Assembly: GCA_041752695.1 (NCBI GenBank)
Contig: JBGSVZ010000027.1
Span: 80,119-144,118 of the forward strand
Length of the DNA stretch: 64,000 nucleotides
From: Terrimicrobiaceae bacterium
GTDB taxonomy: Bacteria > Verrucomicrobiota > Verrucomicrobiia > Chthoniobacterales > Terrimicrobiaceae
Reading direction: 5' to 3'
Shown here: one piece after another, positions 49,641 to 58,921 of the stretch
Numbering within the stretch: the stretch's first letter is position 1
Layout: every line of letters begins with the position of its first letter
Notes under the pieces: generated by a model
Databases searched by the model: none
Seen by the model: the letters and a program-made list of their open reading frames with translations, nothing else
What the model was told of the DNA's origin: nothing
Position numbers and translations under genes: made by a program

Positions 49641-50198
49641 ATGGCACTCGCAAACGATCTCCGCAAAGGCATGGCCATCCGTTACAACGGAAACGTCGCC
49701 ATCGTCCTTGAAGTCCAGCACCGCACCCCCGGCAATCTGCGCGCTTTTGTGCAGGCCATCATCCGCTACATCAACACCGGCAAATCGGCCGACGTGCGGT
49801 ATTCCTCGACGGAAAAAGTGGACCTGGTGGATGTCCAGCGCCAGCAGCTCGAATTCAGCTACTCGGACCCGCAGGGATTTCATTTCATCGATCCCGACAC
49901 CTACGACACCATCACGCTGAACGCCGAGCTTGTGGCGGATTCCAAGGACTATCTGGTCGAAAATCTCAAGGTCGAGGTGCTCAGCATCGAAGGCCGGCCG
50001 GCACAGGTGGAGATCCCGGCTTCCGTTACCCTCAAAGTGACCGAATCCGCCGACGGCGTGCGGGGTGACAGCGCGAACAACGTGCAGAAACCCGCCACCC
50101 TCGAGACGGGCAAGGTTGTCCATGTGCCCCTTTTCATCAAGGAAGGCGAGTTGATCAAAATCGACACGCGCACGGGCAACTACATGGGAAGGGCTTGA
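49641..50198 (+). CDS. efp: Elongation factor P
   Basis: ANDLRKG, HRTPGNLRAFV loop, GVRGDS, KPATLETG, VPLFI, DTR. Confidence 0.95.
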   Translation: MALANDLRKGMAIRYNGNVAIVLEVQHRTPGNLRAFVQAIIRYINTGKSADVRYSSTEKVDLVDVQRQQLEFSYSDPQGFHFIDPDTYDTITLNAELVADSKDYLVENLKVEVLSIEGRPAQVEIPASVTLKVTESADGVRGDSANNVQKPATLETGKVVHVPLFIKEGELIKIDTRTGNYMGRA

Positions 50199-50314
50199 AC
50201 TGCCGCGCTGCGGCGGAGTGAAGGCCTAGTGAAAGTGAAAAGGGGATTCCCCACCTTGAACCCGGCGTTCCGATTTTCGTCGGGTTTTTTCCCGTGAAAC
50301 GGCAATAAGTCGGC

Positions 50315-51106
50315 ATGGCCGCCAAGCGCAACACGCGGAAAAAGCGCCCCCAGCAGCGGCTGGACGTCGCCGCTACGGCAGGTGCCCTGCCGACTCATGT
50401 GCCCAAGCGGTGGGTGAAGTTTTTGGTCGGGCTTTTTTTGCTGCCGCCGGCGTGGATTCTCACGCAAACCTTCTTCACCGCCTTTGCGCGGACCACGCTG
50501 CGGGATGACTTCTGGATCACCGGGGAGTTCTGGTTTTTTTCGTTGGGTGTGGTGCTCTGGCTGGTGACGTTTTTCGGACTGCCGCGGCCGTTATGGCTCT
50601 ACGTTTTCGGTCATGAACTCACGCATGCCGTTTGGGTTTTGCTGATGGGCGGCCGGGTCCATCAATTTGAAGTTTCGCGTCAGGGGGGACATATTTTGGC
50701 GGACCGGACGAACACCTGGATCGCCCTTGCGCCCTACTTTTTCCCGATTTACAGCGTGCTTGCGATTGCGATCTACGGACTCTGCGGCTTGTTCCTGGAT
50801 GTCTCGCCGTATCGCCACCTGCTCTATTGCGTGATCGGCGTGACGTGGGCTTTCCACCTCTCCTTCACCTGCTGGATGATCACCAAGGGACAGCCGGATC
50901 TGCACTACGGCGGGACCTTTTTTTCGCTAATGATCATCTATCTTCTCAACCTCATCCTGCTGGCCGCCATGCTGATCCTGGCTTCGCCGCAGGTGACGTG
51001 GGCCGGGTTTGGCCAGGAGCTTTTGCAAAACACCATCGACTTCACTGTTTCGCTGACGATTGGTCTGAATGAAGCCTTGCGGAGTTATCTGCTCCGTGGT
51101 GTCTGA
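50315..51106 (+). CDS. Membrane protein with HExxH (M50-like metallopeptidase)
   Basis: GHELTH between TM segments; IALAPY. Confidence 0.7.
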   Translation: MAAKRNTRKKRPQQRLDVAATAGALPTHVPKRWVKFLVGLFLLPPAWILTQTFFTAFARTTLRDDFWITGEFWFFSLGVVLWLVTFFGLPRPLWLYVFGHELTHAVWVLLMGGRVHQFEVSRQGGHILADRTNTWIALAPYFFPIYSVLAIAIYGLCGLFLDVSPYRHLLYCVIGVTWAFHLSFTCWMITKGQPDLHYGGTFFSLMIIYLLNLILLAAMLILASPQVTWAGFGQELLQNTIDFTVSLTIGLNEALRSYLLRGV

Positions 51107-51117
51107 GGAGGTGAAAC

Positions 51118-51180
51118 GTTGGAGTTCAGCCTTTAGGCTGCTTGGGGAGCGACGGAACAGGCTAAAGCCTGAACTCCAAC
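51118..51180. repeat. REP doublet (inverted 23-bp units) of the GTTGGAGT family
   Basis: GTTGGAGTTCAGCCTTTAGGCTG ... CAGGCTAAAGCCTGAACTCCAAC (21/23); single units at 60616-60638, 61547-61569 and 62468-62490. Confidence 0.8.
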
Positions 51181-51205
51181 CGCAGGGAGCACCAGCGTTT
51201 CTCCC

Positions 51206-52177
51206 ATGAGTGCGGAAAAGATGCGTGTCCTGCTCGACCTGCAGGAGCAGTGCGGCGGCGCGATTCCGTTCGACCGCTGGATGCGCGAGGCGCTTTATCA
51301 CGAGACGTTCGGATATTACGCCGCGAACATCCGCGGCATCGGGCGTCGCGGGGATTTTACCACGTGGCCGGTGATTCACCAAAGCCTGGCCGAAGGCATC
51401 GCGCGCTGGGCGCTGGATCAGAAGCCGTCCGGCCGCTGGAATCTTATCGAGATCGGCGCGGGAACGGGCGAACTGGCGGAGGCCGTCTTGAAGACCATTG
51501 GGTGGTGGAGCCGGCCCCGCTATCACATTGTCGATGTCTCGGCGCCGCTTCGCGCGGAACAACAACAACGCCTTGGCCGCAAAGCCGTCTGGCACACCAG
51601 CGTCGCGGAAGCCCTCGCGGAATGCGCGGGTTCGGCTCTGATTTTTTCCAATGAACTTGTGGATGCATTTCCGTGCCGGATTTTCCAGAAACAATCCGGC
51701 GCCTGGCGGGAACTCGCTTTGCGCGTCGAGGGGGGGCGCGTCCACGAAGTGTGGCGAGAGGCGGCCGTGCCCCCATCAACGGCCTGGCTCCACGATTGGC
51801 CTGAAGGCCAGCGGATTGAGGTGCAGGAGAGTTTTCATGCGTGGCAGGCGGAATGGCTGCCGCGGTGGAAGAGCGGGGCGATGCTGACGATCGACTATGG
51901 CGACACCTGCCCGGCCCTTTACCATCGCCGTCCGCAGGGCACCCTGCGGGCCTACGCACACCACCAGCGTCTGGAGGGACGGGAGGCTTATGCAGGATTT
52001 GGACTCCGTGACCTCACCGTGGATGTGAATTTTTCCGACCTGAATAAGTGGGCCGGCCCGGGCGCGGATTATTCGACGCTGGCGGAGTTTCTTTCCCGGC
52101 AGGGCGTTGCGGGAATCGCGTCTTTGGCGGAGGCGGGTGAGGCTTTCAAGGTGCTGACTCAGGTTCCCAATCTTTAA
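51206..52177 (+). CDS. SAM-dependent methyltransferase, MidA/NDUFAF7 family
   Basis: GYY...GRRGDFTT, EIGAGTG, SNELVDAFP, IDYG, DLTVDVNF. Confidence 0.9.
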   Translation: MSAEKMRVLLDLQEQCGGAIPFDRWMREALYHETFGYYAANIRGIGRRGDFTTWPVIHQSLAEGIARWALDQKPSGRWNLIEIGAGTGELAEAVLKTIGWWSRPRYHIVDVSAPLRAEQQQRLGRKAVWHTSVAEALAECAGSALIFSNELVDAFPCRIFQKQSGAWRELALRVEGGRVHEVWREAAVPPSTAWLHDWPEGQRIEVQESFHAWQAEWLPRWKSGAMLTIDYGDTCPALYHRRPQGTLRAYAHHQRLEGREAYAGFGLRDLTVDVNFSDLNKWAGPGADYSTLAEFLSRQGVAGIASLAEAGEAFKVLTQVPNL

Positions 52178-52220
52178 GCAAATGGGTCAGGCCGGAGGCC
52201 TACCCTCCAGGGCCGGGCGG

Positions 52221-52520
52221 TTATTTCGCGGCTGAGCGGGCGACGATGGCAGTGATGTCGTCGAGGATCACAACCGCTTCGTAAAACTCGGCCCCGGTGA
52301 GGTTCGAGAGAAAAACGGTGGTGTCACCGACGGACTCCACTTTGCCCGCGACGCTGGAGCCGGATTCCAGGCGGAGTTCGACTTTGTTCCCCACCTGTCG
52401 TTTCAGCACGGTCTGGATGGAATCCTCGGGCTTGGGCGCGAGGCCCGGATCTGCCGCGAGCAGTGGCGAAGTGAGGGCCGTGAGGAGGGCGAGGGTGCGA
52501 AGAGTTATTGGATGGTGCAA
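52221..52520 (-). CDS. Small secreted protein with an Sm/LSm-like beta fold
   Basis: Signal peptide, then VGNKVELRLESGSSVAGKVESVGDTTVFL; TTG start uncertain. Confidence 0.6.
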   Translation of the reverse strand: MHHPITLRTLALLTALTSPLLAADPGLAPKPEDSIQTVLKRQVGNKVELRLESGSSVAGKVESVGDTTVFLSNLTGAEFYEAVVILDDITAIVARSAAK

Positions 52521-52900
52521 CGGATCAGGGCGGTTTGTCCGTCGGCCGTAATGCTCATCAAATACGGGCCGGGGGCAAGTTTTTGCTGGTCCATGGTTTT
52601 GGCCAGGGAGCCGGTCTGGGAATTTTGCAGCAGGATAATCGCGGGCTGGGTGCCGGAATTGGGCGTTCCGTCCGGGCCGAGTTTGCTCACATTGATGATG
52701 ATCATGTCCGACTTTGCGCCCACTTCGATGGCCGCGTCCGCGGCCACGGGTTGGGCAATCTTGGCAAAAGGCTCTCCGTCCTTAGCCGTGGCAGCGGTGC
52801 CGCCAAGTGAGACGCTGAATGGCAGGGGGCCGGCGGACTGCGCCCAAGCCGACGGGCAGAGCGTGATGCTGGCAAAGAATGCGAGGAGAAGGTTTTTCAT
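52505..52900 (-). CDS. Secreted hypothetical protein
   Basis: MKNLLLAFFASITLCPSAWAQ signal peptide; beta-rich mature part. Confidence 0.75.
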   Translation of the reverse strand: MKNLLLAFFASITLCPSAWAQSAGPLPFSVSLGGTAATAKDGEPFAKIAQPVAADAAIEVGAKSDMIIINVSKLGPDGTPNSGTQPAIILLQNSQTGSLAKTMDQQKLAPGPYLMSITADGQTALIRCTIQ

Positions 52901-52923
52901 GAGCTTGAGGAAAAAAGCTGGGG

Positions 52924-54579
52924 CTACCGTTTGTCGGTCGCTTCCAACTGCAGGGTCATCGTCGTGTTGTCGCAGATCTCGGTGGGGCCAAAATATTGCA
53001 AGGGTCCGGGATACCCGAACTGCGTTTCTTTTGCCCACGCGTCCCGAACGTCGTGGAGTTTCTGAAAGACGGGTCCGTCCAGATCCACCAGGGCCTTGCG
53101 AATGACGGGGACATCGTGTCCGTGGCGGCGGTTGAGTTCCATCATGCGGGCCAGCGGGGTGCCTCCGGCCTCCCATTCCTGAACCGGGCGGGCCAGATTT
53201 TTCACCGTGGCCATCATACCACTGAGGCCGTCGCGGAGGAGAAATGATGCGGCCAGACCGAGGGAATAGCCGTAGTCAGCATCGAAATTCGAGGGAGCGG
53301 CACAGCGGCCTTCGTAGCCCAGATAGTGGGCCTGCGGGGAGAACGCTCCCTGATAGATCCCGCGTTTGGCCATGATGTGCAGGCGATTTTCCACCAGTTC
53401 CACGAACAGCCGCTGGGTGTCGATTTTTGCCACCTGCACGTTGCCGTGAGGGTCGCGGTCGAGGATCAGTTGGTTGGCAATTTCGCGCGGGAGGCGGCGG
53501 AAAAGTCCGGCGGAAGACGGCGAAAGGCAGCCGACGACAAACTCGCGTTTGTGCGGGAGGGTGTCCAGGGCGCCCATTTCCTCCACGTGCCTCGCGAGCA
53601 CTTCGTTGAGTTCATAGATCAGCGCGCGCATCTCGGGCACGAACTCCACGATGCCCTCGGGAATGAGGACCGTGCCGAAATTTTCCCCGCGGTTGCCGCG
53701 ATAGCAAATGACGTCGGCAATCTGATCCACGATCTCGTGGAGGGCGAGTTCGCGGTGTTTCACTTCTTCGGAGATCAGCACCAGCGTCGGCCGTGTTTGC
53801 AGGGCACACTCCAGGGCGATGTGCGACGCGGAGCGGCCCATCAACTTGATGAAATGCCAGTATTTCCGCACCGAAAGCGCGTCGCGATGGATGTTGCCGA
53901 TGATTTCGCTGTAAACCTTGCAGGCCGTGTCGAAACCGAAGCTGGATTCGACCTGCGCGCCCTTCAGGTCGCCGTCAATCGTCTTCGGGACCCCGGCGAC
54001 GTTGAGGGAGGCCCCCTGCGCCCGCGCATATTCGGCCAGCATGCAGGCGTTGGTATTGGAATCGTCCCCACCGATCACCACGAGTCCGGTGAGGCCGCGG
54101 CTCTTGGCGGTTTCGAGGGCTTTGCGGAAATGATCTTCGCTTTCCAGTTTCGTGCGGCCGGAGCCGATGATGTCGAACCCTCCGGTGTTGCGATAGCTGT
54201 CCACCACGGATTGGTCGAGTTCCCGGACTTCGTCCTTCAGCAGGCCCGACGGCCCGTTGAGAAAGCCCACCAGAGAACTCTCGGGATGCGCGCGTTTCAG
54301 TCCGTCGAACAAACCCGCGATCACATTGTGTCCGCCCGGAGCAGGTCCGCCCGAGAGGATCACGCCCACCCGCTGCACGTGGGCAGCGGCACCGTTTTTT
54401 CCCTCACCGGAAAAGGTCACCGAGGGCAGATCGAAGGTGTGCGGAAAACGGCCGGCGACCTCCTTGCTCACCGGGGCGGGAGGGTCGGATTTGCGGGCCA
54501 CGGGACTGCCCTCCAAAGCGGACGGGGTCTTCGGCTGATAGCTGGATCGCAGGGTTTCGAGCGTTTTCGGGGCTTGCAT
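52924..54579 (-). CDS. pfp: Pyrophosphate-dependent phosphofructokinase (long clade)
   Basis: SGGPAPGGHNVI, GGDDS (PPi-type), PKTIDGD, MGRSASH, GYEGR. Confidence 0.93.
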   Translation of the reverse strand: MQAPKTLETLRSSYQPKTPSALEGSPVARKSDPPAPVSKEVAGRFPHTFDLPSVTFSGEGKNGAAAHVQRVGVILSGGPAPGGHNVIAGLFDGLKRAHPESSLVGFLNGPSGLLKDEVRELDQSVVDSYRNTGGFDIIGSGRTKLESEDHFRKALETAKSRGLTGLVVIGGDDSNTNACMLAEYARAQGASLNVAGVPKTIDGDLKGAQVESSFGFDTACKVYSEIIGNIHRDALSVRKYWHFIKLMGRSASHIALECALQTRPTLVLISEEVKHRELALHEIVDQIADVICYRGNRGENFGTVLIPEGIVEFVPEMRALIYELNEVLARHVEEMGALDTLPHKREFVVGCLSPSSAGLFRRLPREIANQLILDRDPHGNVQVAKIDTQRLFVELVENRLHIMAKRGIYQGAFSPQAHYLGYEGRCAAPSNFDADYGYSLGLAASFLLRDGLSGMMATVKNLARPVQEWEAGGTPLARMMELNRRHGHDVPVIRKALVDLDGPVFQKLHDVRDAWAKETQFGYPGPLQYFGPTEICDNTTMTLQLEATDKR

Positions 54580-54690
54580 GGGGAAGCCCTTCTATCTGCC
54601 CCGGACGCGGATGACAACCCAAGGTGATGGTGTTTTTTGAGGTCCTATCCCTCGCGGGAGTGATTAAAACTGGGTGAGGTTCTAGACCAG

Positions 54691-54887
54691 CACCAAAGGT
54701 GCGGAAGTATCATAGCCCAGCACGCAGGGCTGGGTTCACGAGGGTTATTTCCGAGCGGCCTGAAGGGCTGCGATTGAGCCATGGGGAGGGACGGGCGTCC
54801 TATCACTGCCCTTCAGGCCGCGCGCATTTTCCGGGCAAAGCCCCGGGCCTTCGACCCGGGCTGTGGAATTAACGGGCCTTCGGCCCT
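54691..54887. repeat. Nested inverted-repeat (REPIN/MITE-like) element
   Basis: Perfect 14-bp IR GCGGCCTGAAGGGC (54755-54768) / GCCCTTCAGGCCGC (54808-54821), plus outer related hairpins at 54714-54734 and 54842-54862. Confidence 0.65.
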
Positions 54888-54977
54888 CTTGCAGACCCCG
54901 CCCACCATTAAGCACACCCATCCCCCAATGGCGACTCCCGCTTGTGTCGGCCAGGGGCGAATGCCAGACTCCCCGCC

Positions 54978-55379
54978 ATGGCATCCATCCAAGGTTTTCA
55001 CCACACCGCAATTCGTTCCGCCAACTTCGACGCCAGCCTCGCTTTCTACACCGGGGTTCTGGGTCTCAAGACCAGAATCACATGGGGGAGCGACAACCAG
55101 CGAGCCGCCATGGTGGACGCGGGCGCGGGAGACTACATCGAGATCTTCGAACGCTCCGAACCCGCCCCGGCGGACGAGGCGACAATTTTGCACTTCGCCC
55201 TGCGGACCGATGACTGCGCCGCGCTCACCGAAACCGTCCGCGCCGCCGGCCTGGAAATCACCATGGAGCCCAAGGAGGTCACCATCCCTTCCAATACCGG
55301 ACCGATCCCGGTCAAGATTTCCTTTTTTAAGGGTCCCGACGGCGAGATCGTCGAACTTTTCGAAAACGCGGTTCTATAG
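54978..55379 (+). CDS. VOC/glyoxalase family protein
   Basis: FHHTAI...FYTGVLG, IEIF, HFAL, FFKGPDGEIVELF. Confidence 0.9.
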   Translation: MASIQGFHHTAIRSANFDASLAFYTGVLGLKTRITWGSDNQRAAMVDAGAGDYIEIFERSEPAPADEATILHFALRTDDCAALTETVRAAGLEITMEPKEVTIPSNTGPIPVKISFFKGPDGEIVELFENAVL

Positions 55380-55390
55380 GCGCGATACCC

Positions 55391-55449
55391 GGAAAAGATG
55401 CAGGCCACCGTAACGAATGCTACGATGGCCTGCTGTTCCCCCCAGAACG
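55391..55449 (-). ncRNA. Predicted sigma54-dependent small RNA, copy 1
   Basis: GTTC-TGGGGG-GAAC hairpin, long GC stem, then a T-tract; starts about 12 nt after a -24/-12 promoter. Confidence 0.65.
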
Positions 55450-55459
55450 AGAGTGATAT

Positions 55460-55475
55460 AGCAGGCGGCATGCCA
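55460..55475 (-). promoter_or_regulatory. sigma54 -24/-12 promoter
   Basis: TGGCATGCCGCCTGCT (GG-N10-GC). Confidence 0.6.
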
Positions 55476-55654
55476 GGTTCTGGATTGCGCCTACAAAAAG
55501 GACGAAACCCGGCAAATGGGACCCTAGCCCCACTGGAACGGGTGCCACTCGGGATCTGGGAGTGTTTTTGGCGGTGAGGTTTGGTGATTTTTGACCAGAT
55601 GTGCTCATCCGCGCTCTTTGCGGGAGGGAACAGACTTCAGCGAGCGGGCGGAAG

Positions 55655-55716
55655 CCAAAAAAAATGCAGGCCGCCGCAACGAGTGTTACGACGGCCTGCT
55701 GTTCCCCCCAGAACAG
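55655..55716 (-). ncRNA. Predicted sigma54-dependent small RNA, copy 2
   Basis: 51-nt core differs from copy 1 at 5 positions; followed by T8. Confidence 0.65.
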
Positions 55717-55726
55717 AAATACACGT

Positions 55727-55742
55727 AGCAGATGCCGTGCCA
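55727..55742 (-). promoter_or_regulatory. sigma54 -24/-12 promoter
   Basis: TGGCACGGCATCTGCT, close to the TGGCACG-N4-TTGCW consensus. Confidence 0.7.
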
Positions 55743-55931
55743 TGATCAAACGGCAAGTTCGGGTGACTCATCAAAAGACTCGTAAGTAGTTTATGATCAG
55801 TGGGTTAAGAAGATCTGTGCGAGGGGAGGGTGGAGAACTTGGGAAATTTCGCACACGCCGACTGGCTAAAAGTCTTCTTTTCTGACCGCGCAGTTGGTGG
55901 CAAAATCCCCCTTCTTCCATTTTTCCATTTT

Positions 55932-57755
55932 ATGAGCAGCCCTGAAAAACACGCCTTCCAAGCCGAAATCGCGCAACTCCTCGATATCGTCATCCACTCG
56001 CTTTACACGGATAAGGAGATTTTCATCCGTGAGCTCATTTCCAACGCCGCCGACGCCACGGAAAAGCTCCGTTTCCTCCAGACCTCCGGCGAAGCCATCT
56101 TCGAGCCCGAGCGGGAACTCAAAATCGCGGTAAACACCGACGACACCGCGCACACCATTTCCTTCGCCGACTCCGGCCTCGGGATGACCCGCGACGAACT
56201 CATCGAAAACCTAGGCACCATCGCGCATTCCGGCTCGAAGGCCTTTCTCCAGCAGCTTAAGGAAAATGCCGGAAACCCGAACATCATCGGCCAGTTCGGC
56301 GTCGGGTTTTATTCGGCGTTCATGGTTGCAACGAAAGTCACGGTCTACACGCGTTCCTACCGTCCGGACGACACCGGCTGGATCTGGACCTCCGACGGCG
56401 TGAGCGCTTACGAGATCGAAGCCGGTGTGGATCTTCCCCGCGGGACCCAGATCGTGCTCAACCTCAAGGAGGACGACCGGGAGTTTTCCCGCGAGCACCG
56501 TGTGGAGTCCATCATCCAGCGGTATTCCAACTTCGTCGGCTTCCCCATCGAGTTGAATGGCAAGGCCGTCAATACGATCAACGCCATCTGGACGCGCAGC
56601 AAATCCGAACTGACCGACTCGGACTACGAGGAGTTTTACAAATTCATCGGCCACGACATCGACGCGCCGCTTTATCGTTTCCACTTCAGCGCCGACGCGC
56701 CGCTCGCCATCAACGCGCTCCTCTATGTGCCGAAGCACAGCCTGGAAAAACTCGGCATGCCTAAGAGCGAGTCCGAGGTGCATCTGTATTGCCGCAAGAT
56801 TCTCATCCAGTCCAAGGCCAAGAACCTCCTGCCGGAATGGCTGCGTTTCCTCAAGGGCGTGGTCGACAGCGAGGATCTCCCGCTCAACATCTCGCGCGAG
56901 ACCATGCAGGACTCCGCCCTCCTGCAGAAAATCAACAAGGTCCTCACCGGACGGTTCCTTAAGTTCCTCGAAGACGAAGCCAAGGGGGACGCCGAAAAAT
57001 ACGCCACCTTCTTCAAGGAATTCGGCCACTTCCTGAAGGAGGGAATCATTAGTGATTACACCCACCGCGACGCGTTGGCTAAGTTGCTGCGTTACGAGAC
57101 TTCCGCCTCCGAGACGCCGTCGTCCCTCGCCGACTACATCACCCGCATGCCCGAGGGGCAGTCCGAGGTGTATTTCATCTCCGCCCCGAACCGCGAAGCC
57201 TGCCAGTCGAGCCCGTATTATGAAGGCCTCAAGGCCAAGGGCTACGAAGCCATCTTCCTCCTTGATCCGTGGGACGAATTTGTCATGGACCACCTTCGCG
57301 AATTCGACGGCAAAAAACTGGTGCCCGCCGAAAAAGCCGAGATCGACCTCGAGCAAAAGGAGCCCAAACTCGACGAATCCGCCTCGCGCCTCCTCTGCAA
57401 CTTCATCAAGGAATCTCTCGGTGAAAAAGTGGACGAAGTCCGCGTCTCCCACCGCCTGGTGGACAGCCCCGCCGTGGTCGTCGAAAGCGACAAATCCATG
57501 ACCTCCAGCATGCGTCGCATTCTGAAGAACCTCAACCGCGGCCAGGAAAACCCGTTTAAACAAAACCTCGAGATCAACCCAAACCACCCGCTCCTCGTCG
57601 GCCTGGAAAAGACTCGCGAAAGCAAACCGGAAGTCTCGAAGCAGGTCGCTGAGCAAATCTACGACAACGCCCTCGTCACCGCCGGCCTGCTCGAAGACCC
57701 TCAAGCCATGCTCAAACGCATCAACTCGCTGCTGGAAGAATTGGTTACAAAATAG
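55932..57755 (+). CDS. htpG: Molecular chaperone HtpG (Hsp90)
   Basis: FQAE...RELISNAADA, DSGLGM, IGQFGVGFYS, DLPLNISRE, LEINPNHP. Confidence 0.97.
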   Translation: MSSPEKHAFQAEIAQLLDIVIHSLYTDKEIFIRELISNAADATEKLRFLQTSGEAIFEPERELKIAVNTDDTAHTISFADSGLGMTRDELIENLGTIAHSGSKAFLQQLKENAGNPNIIGQFGVGFYSAFMVATKVTVYTRSYRPDDTGWIWTSDGVSAYEIEAGVDLPRGTQIVLNLKEDDREFSREHRVESIIQRYSNFVGFPIELNGKAVNTINAIWTRSKSELTDSDYEEFYKFIGHDIDAPLYRFHFSADAPLAINALLYVPKHSLEKLGMPKSESEVHLYCRKILIQSKAKNLLPEWLRFLKGVVDSEDLPLNISRETMQDSALLQKINKVLTGRFLKFLEDEAKGDAEKYATFFKEFGHFLKEGIISDYTHRDALAKLLRYETSASETPSSLADYITRMPEGQSEVYFISAPNREACQSSPYYEGLKAKGYEAIFLLDPWDEFVMDHLREFDGKKLVPAEKAEIDLEQKEPKLDESASRLLCNFIKESLGEKVDEVRVSHRLVDSPAVVVESDKSMTSSMRRILKNLNRGQENPFKQNLEINPNHPLLVGLEKTRESKPEVSKQVAEQIYDNALVTAGLLEDPQAMLKRINSLLEELVTK

Positions 57756-57769
57756 GCAGAAAGGATTTT

Positions 57770-57794
57770 ACAGAAGGTAACGAAGAAAACGAAG
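57770..57794 (+). repeat. 25-bp intergenic repeat, copy 2
   Basis: ACAGAAGGTAACGAAGAAAACGAAG. Confidence 0.7.
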
Positions 57795-57828
57795 GGGCTG
57801 AAGGGCGCACGTCCGCTCTCCGCTGCAG

Positions 57829-57855
57829 GCCGCCCCGCCGGGGCGGCTTCCTTCC
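57829..57855 (+). terminator. Possible intrinsic terminator after htpG
   Basis: GCCGCCCC-GCC-GGGGCGGC stem followed by TTCCTTCC (weak U-tract). Confidence 0.4.
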
Positions 57856-57960
57856 CTCCGTTATCTGCTGTTAAAAATTCTCCCTTCTCCGATCCCGCCC
57901 CCGGATCGGCGTGGGTATTCCTTTGCCTAACCGCAAATTTTCGGTAAATAACCGCACGGC

Positions 57961-58839
57961 ATGAACCTCCGCCCGATCTTCGTCGTTTTCAGCCTGCTGG
58001 CAGGTTCGGTGCTCCTCTCTGCCCAGGAGACGGAGGCTCCCGTGGACAAGCAGCTGGAAAAGGAATTGCAAAAATCCTCCGACGAACACATGCGCGACGA
58101 GCTCGGGGTGAACGACATCACGCTCCCGGTGATCGCGACGATTCTCAAGGATTTTGGCACCTTCCAGCCCATTCCGCTCGACGTCATTGCCCAGACGCCG
58201 CTCGACGCCAACTACGACAACCGCCTCCAGACCGCGCTTTTCTTCGGGTCATTGGTGGCGGACGGATTCATGCTCACCATTGCGGAGCGGCCGCAAGACA
58301 TTCAAAATATCGGCCGCGTGCTGATCAAACAATCCCGTGTTCTGGGCGTGGGCGACCGCCTCACCAGCCGCAGCAAGAGCCTGTTTGAACTCAGCGACAA
58401 AGGCGACTGGCAGGGCATGCGGGAGGAACTGATTCGTACCCAGGGTGATGTGGAGAAATCCATGATCGACCTGCGAGACGAGGAGATGGCCCACATGATC
58501 AGTCTGGGGGGCTGGCTCCGCGGGTTCCAACTGGCCGCCCGCAGCGCCGTCCAGCGCTACAGCCCGGAGAAAGCCCAGATCCTCGGCCGCCCCGAGATCA
58601 TGGACTATTACCTCGACCGTCTCGATACCCTGCATCCGCGGCTGAAAAAGACCGAGTTCGTCTCCGCCCTCATTGCCAAGCTCAAGGAACTCCGCCTCCT
58701 CGCCACCAACGCGGAAACCGGCGTCTTGAGCGAAGCCGACATCATCAAAATGAGCGCCCTCGCCGACCAGGCCGAGGCCATCGCCCTCGGACCCGTGGAC
58801 AGCGACGGCAAAGTCATCCCCAAGTCCCCGGGCGGCTAA
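57961..58839 (+). CDS. Secreted all-alpha hypothetical protein
   Basis: Signal peptide; strong host-like codon usage. Confidence 0.8.
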   Translation: MNLRPIFVVFSLLAGSVLLSAQETEAPVDKQLEKELQKSSDEHMRDELGVNDITLPVIATILKDFGTFQPIPLDVIAQTPLDANYDNRLQTALFFGSLVADGFMLTIAERPQDIQNIGRVLIKQSRVLGVGDRLTSRSKSLFELSDKGDWQGMREELIRTQGDVEKSMIDLRDEEMAHMISLGGWLRGFQLAARSAVQRYSPEKAQILGRPEIMDYYLDRLDTLHPRLKKTEFVSALIAKLKELRLLATNAETGVLSEADIIKMSALADQAEAIALGPVDSDGKVIPKSPGG

Positions 58840-58921
58840 CCGGGATCAGCCACGGCTTCAACAGCGTGCTGCCCCTTATCCGTGCCATCCGCGAAATCCG
58901 CGGTTAAAATTTCTATCTTCC

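Noticed and set aside
55398..55714. Two-unit repeat considered as a minimal CRISPR array
   Set aside because: 51-bp units 215 bp apart, each with a promoter and terminator; no cas genes nearby.
56211..57704. 497-aa minus-strand ORF
   Set aside because: Shadow of htpG.
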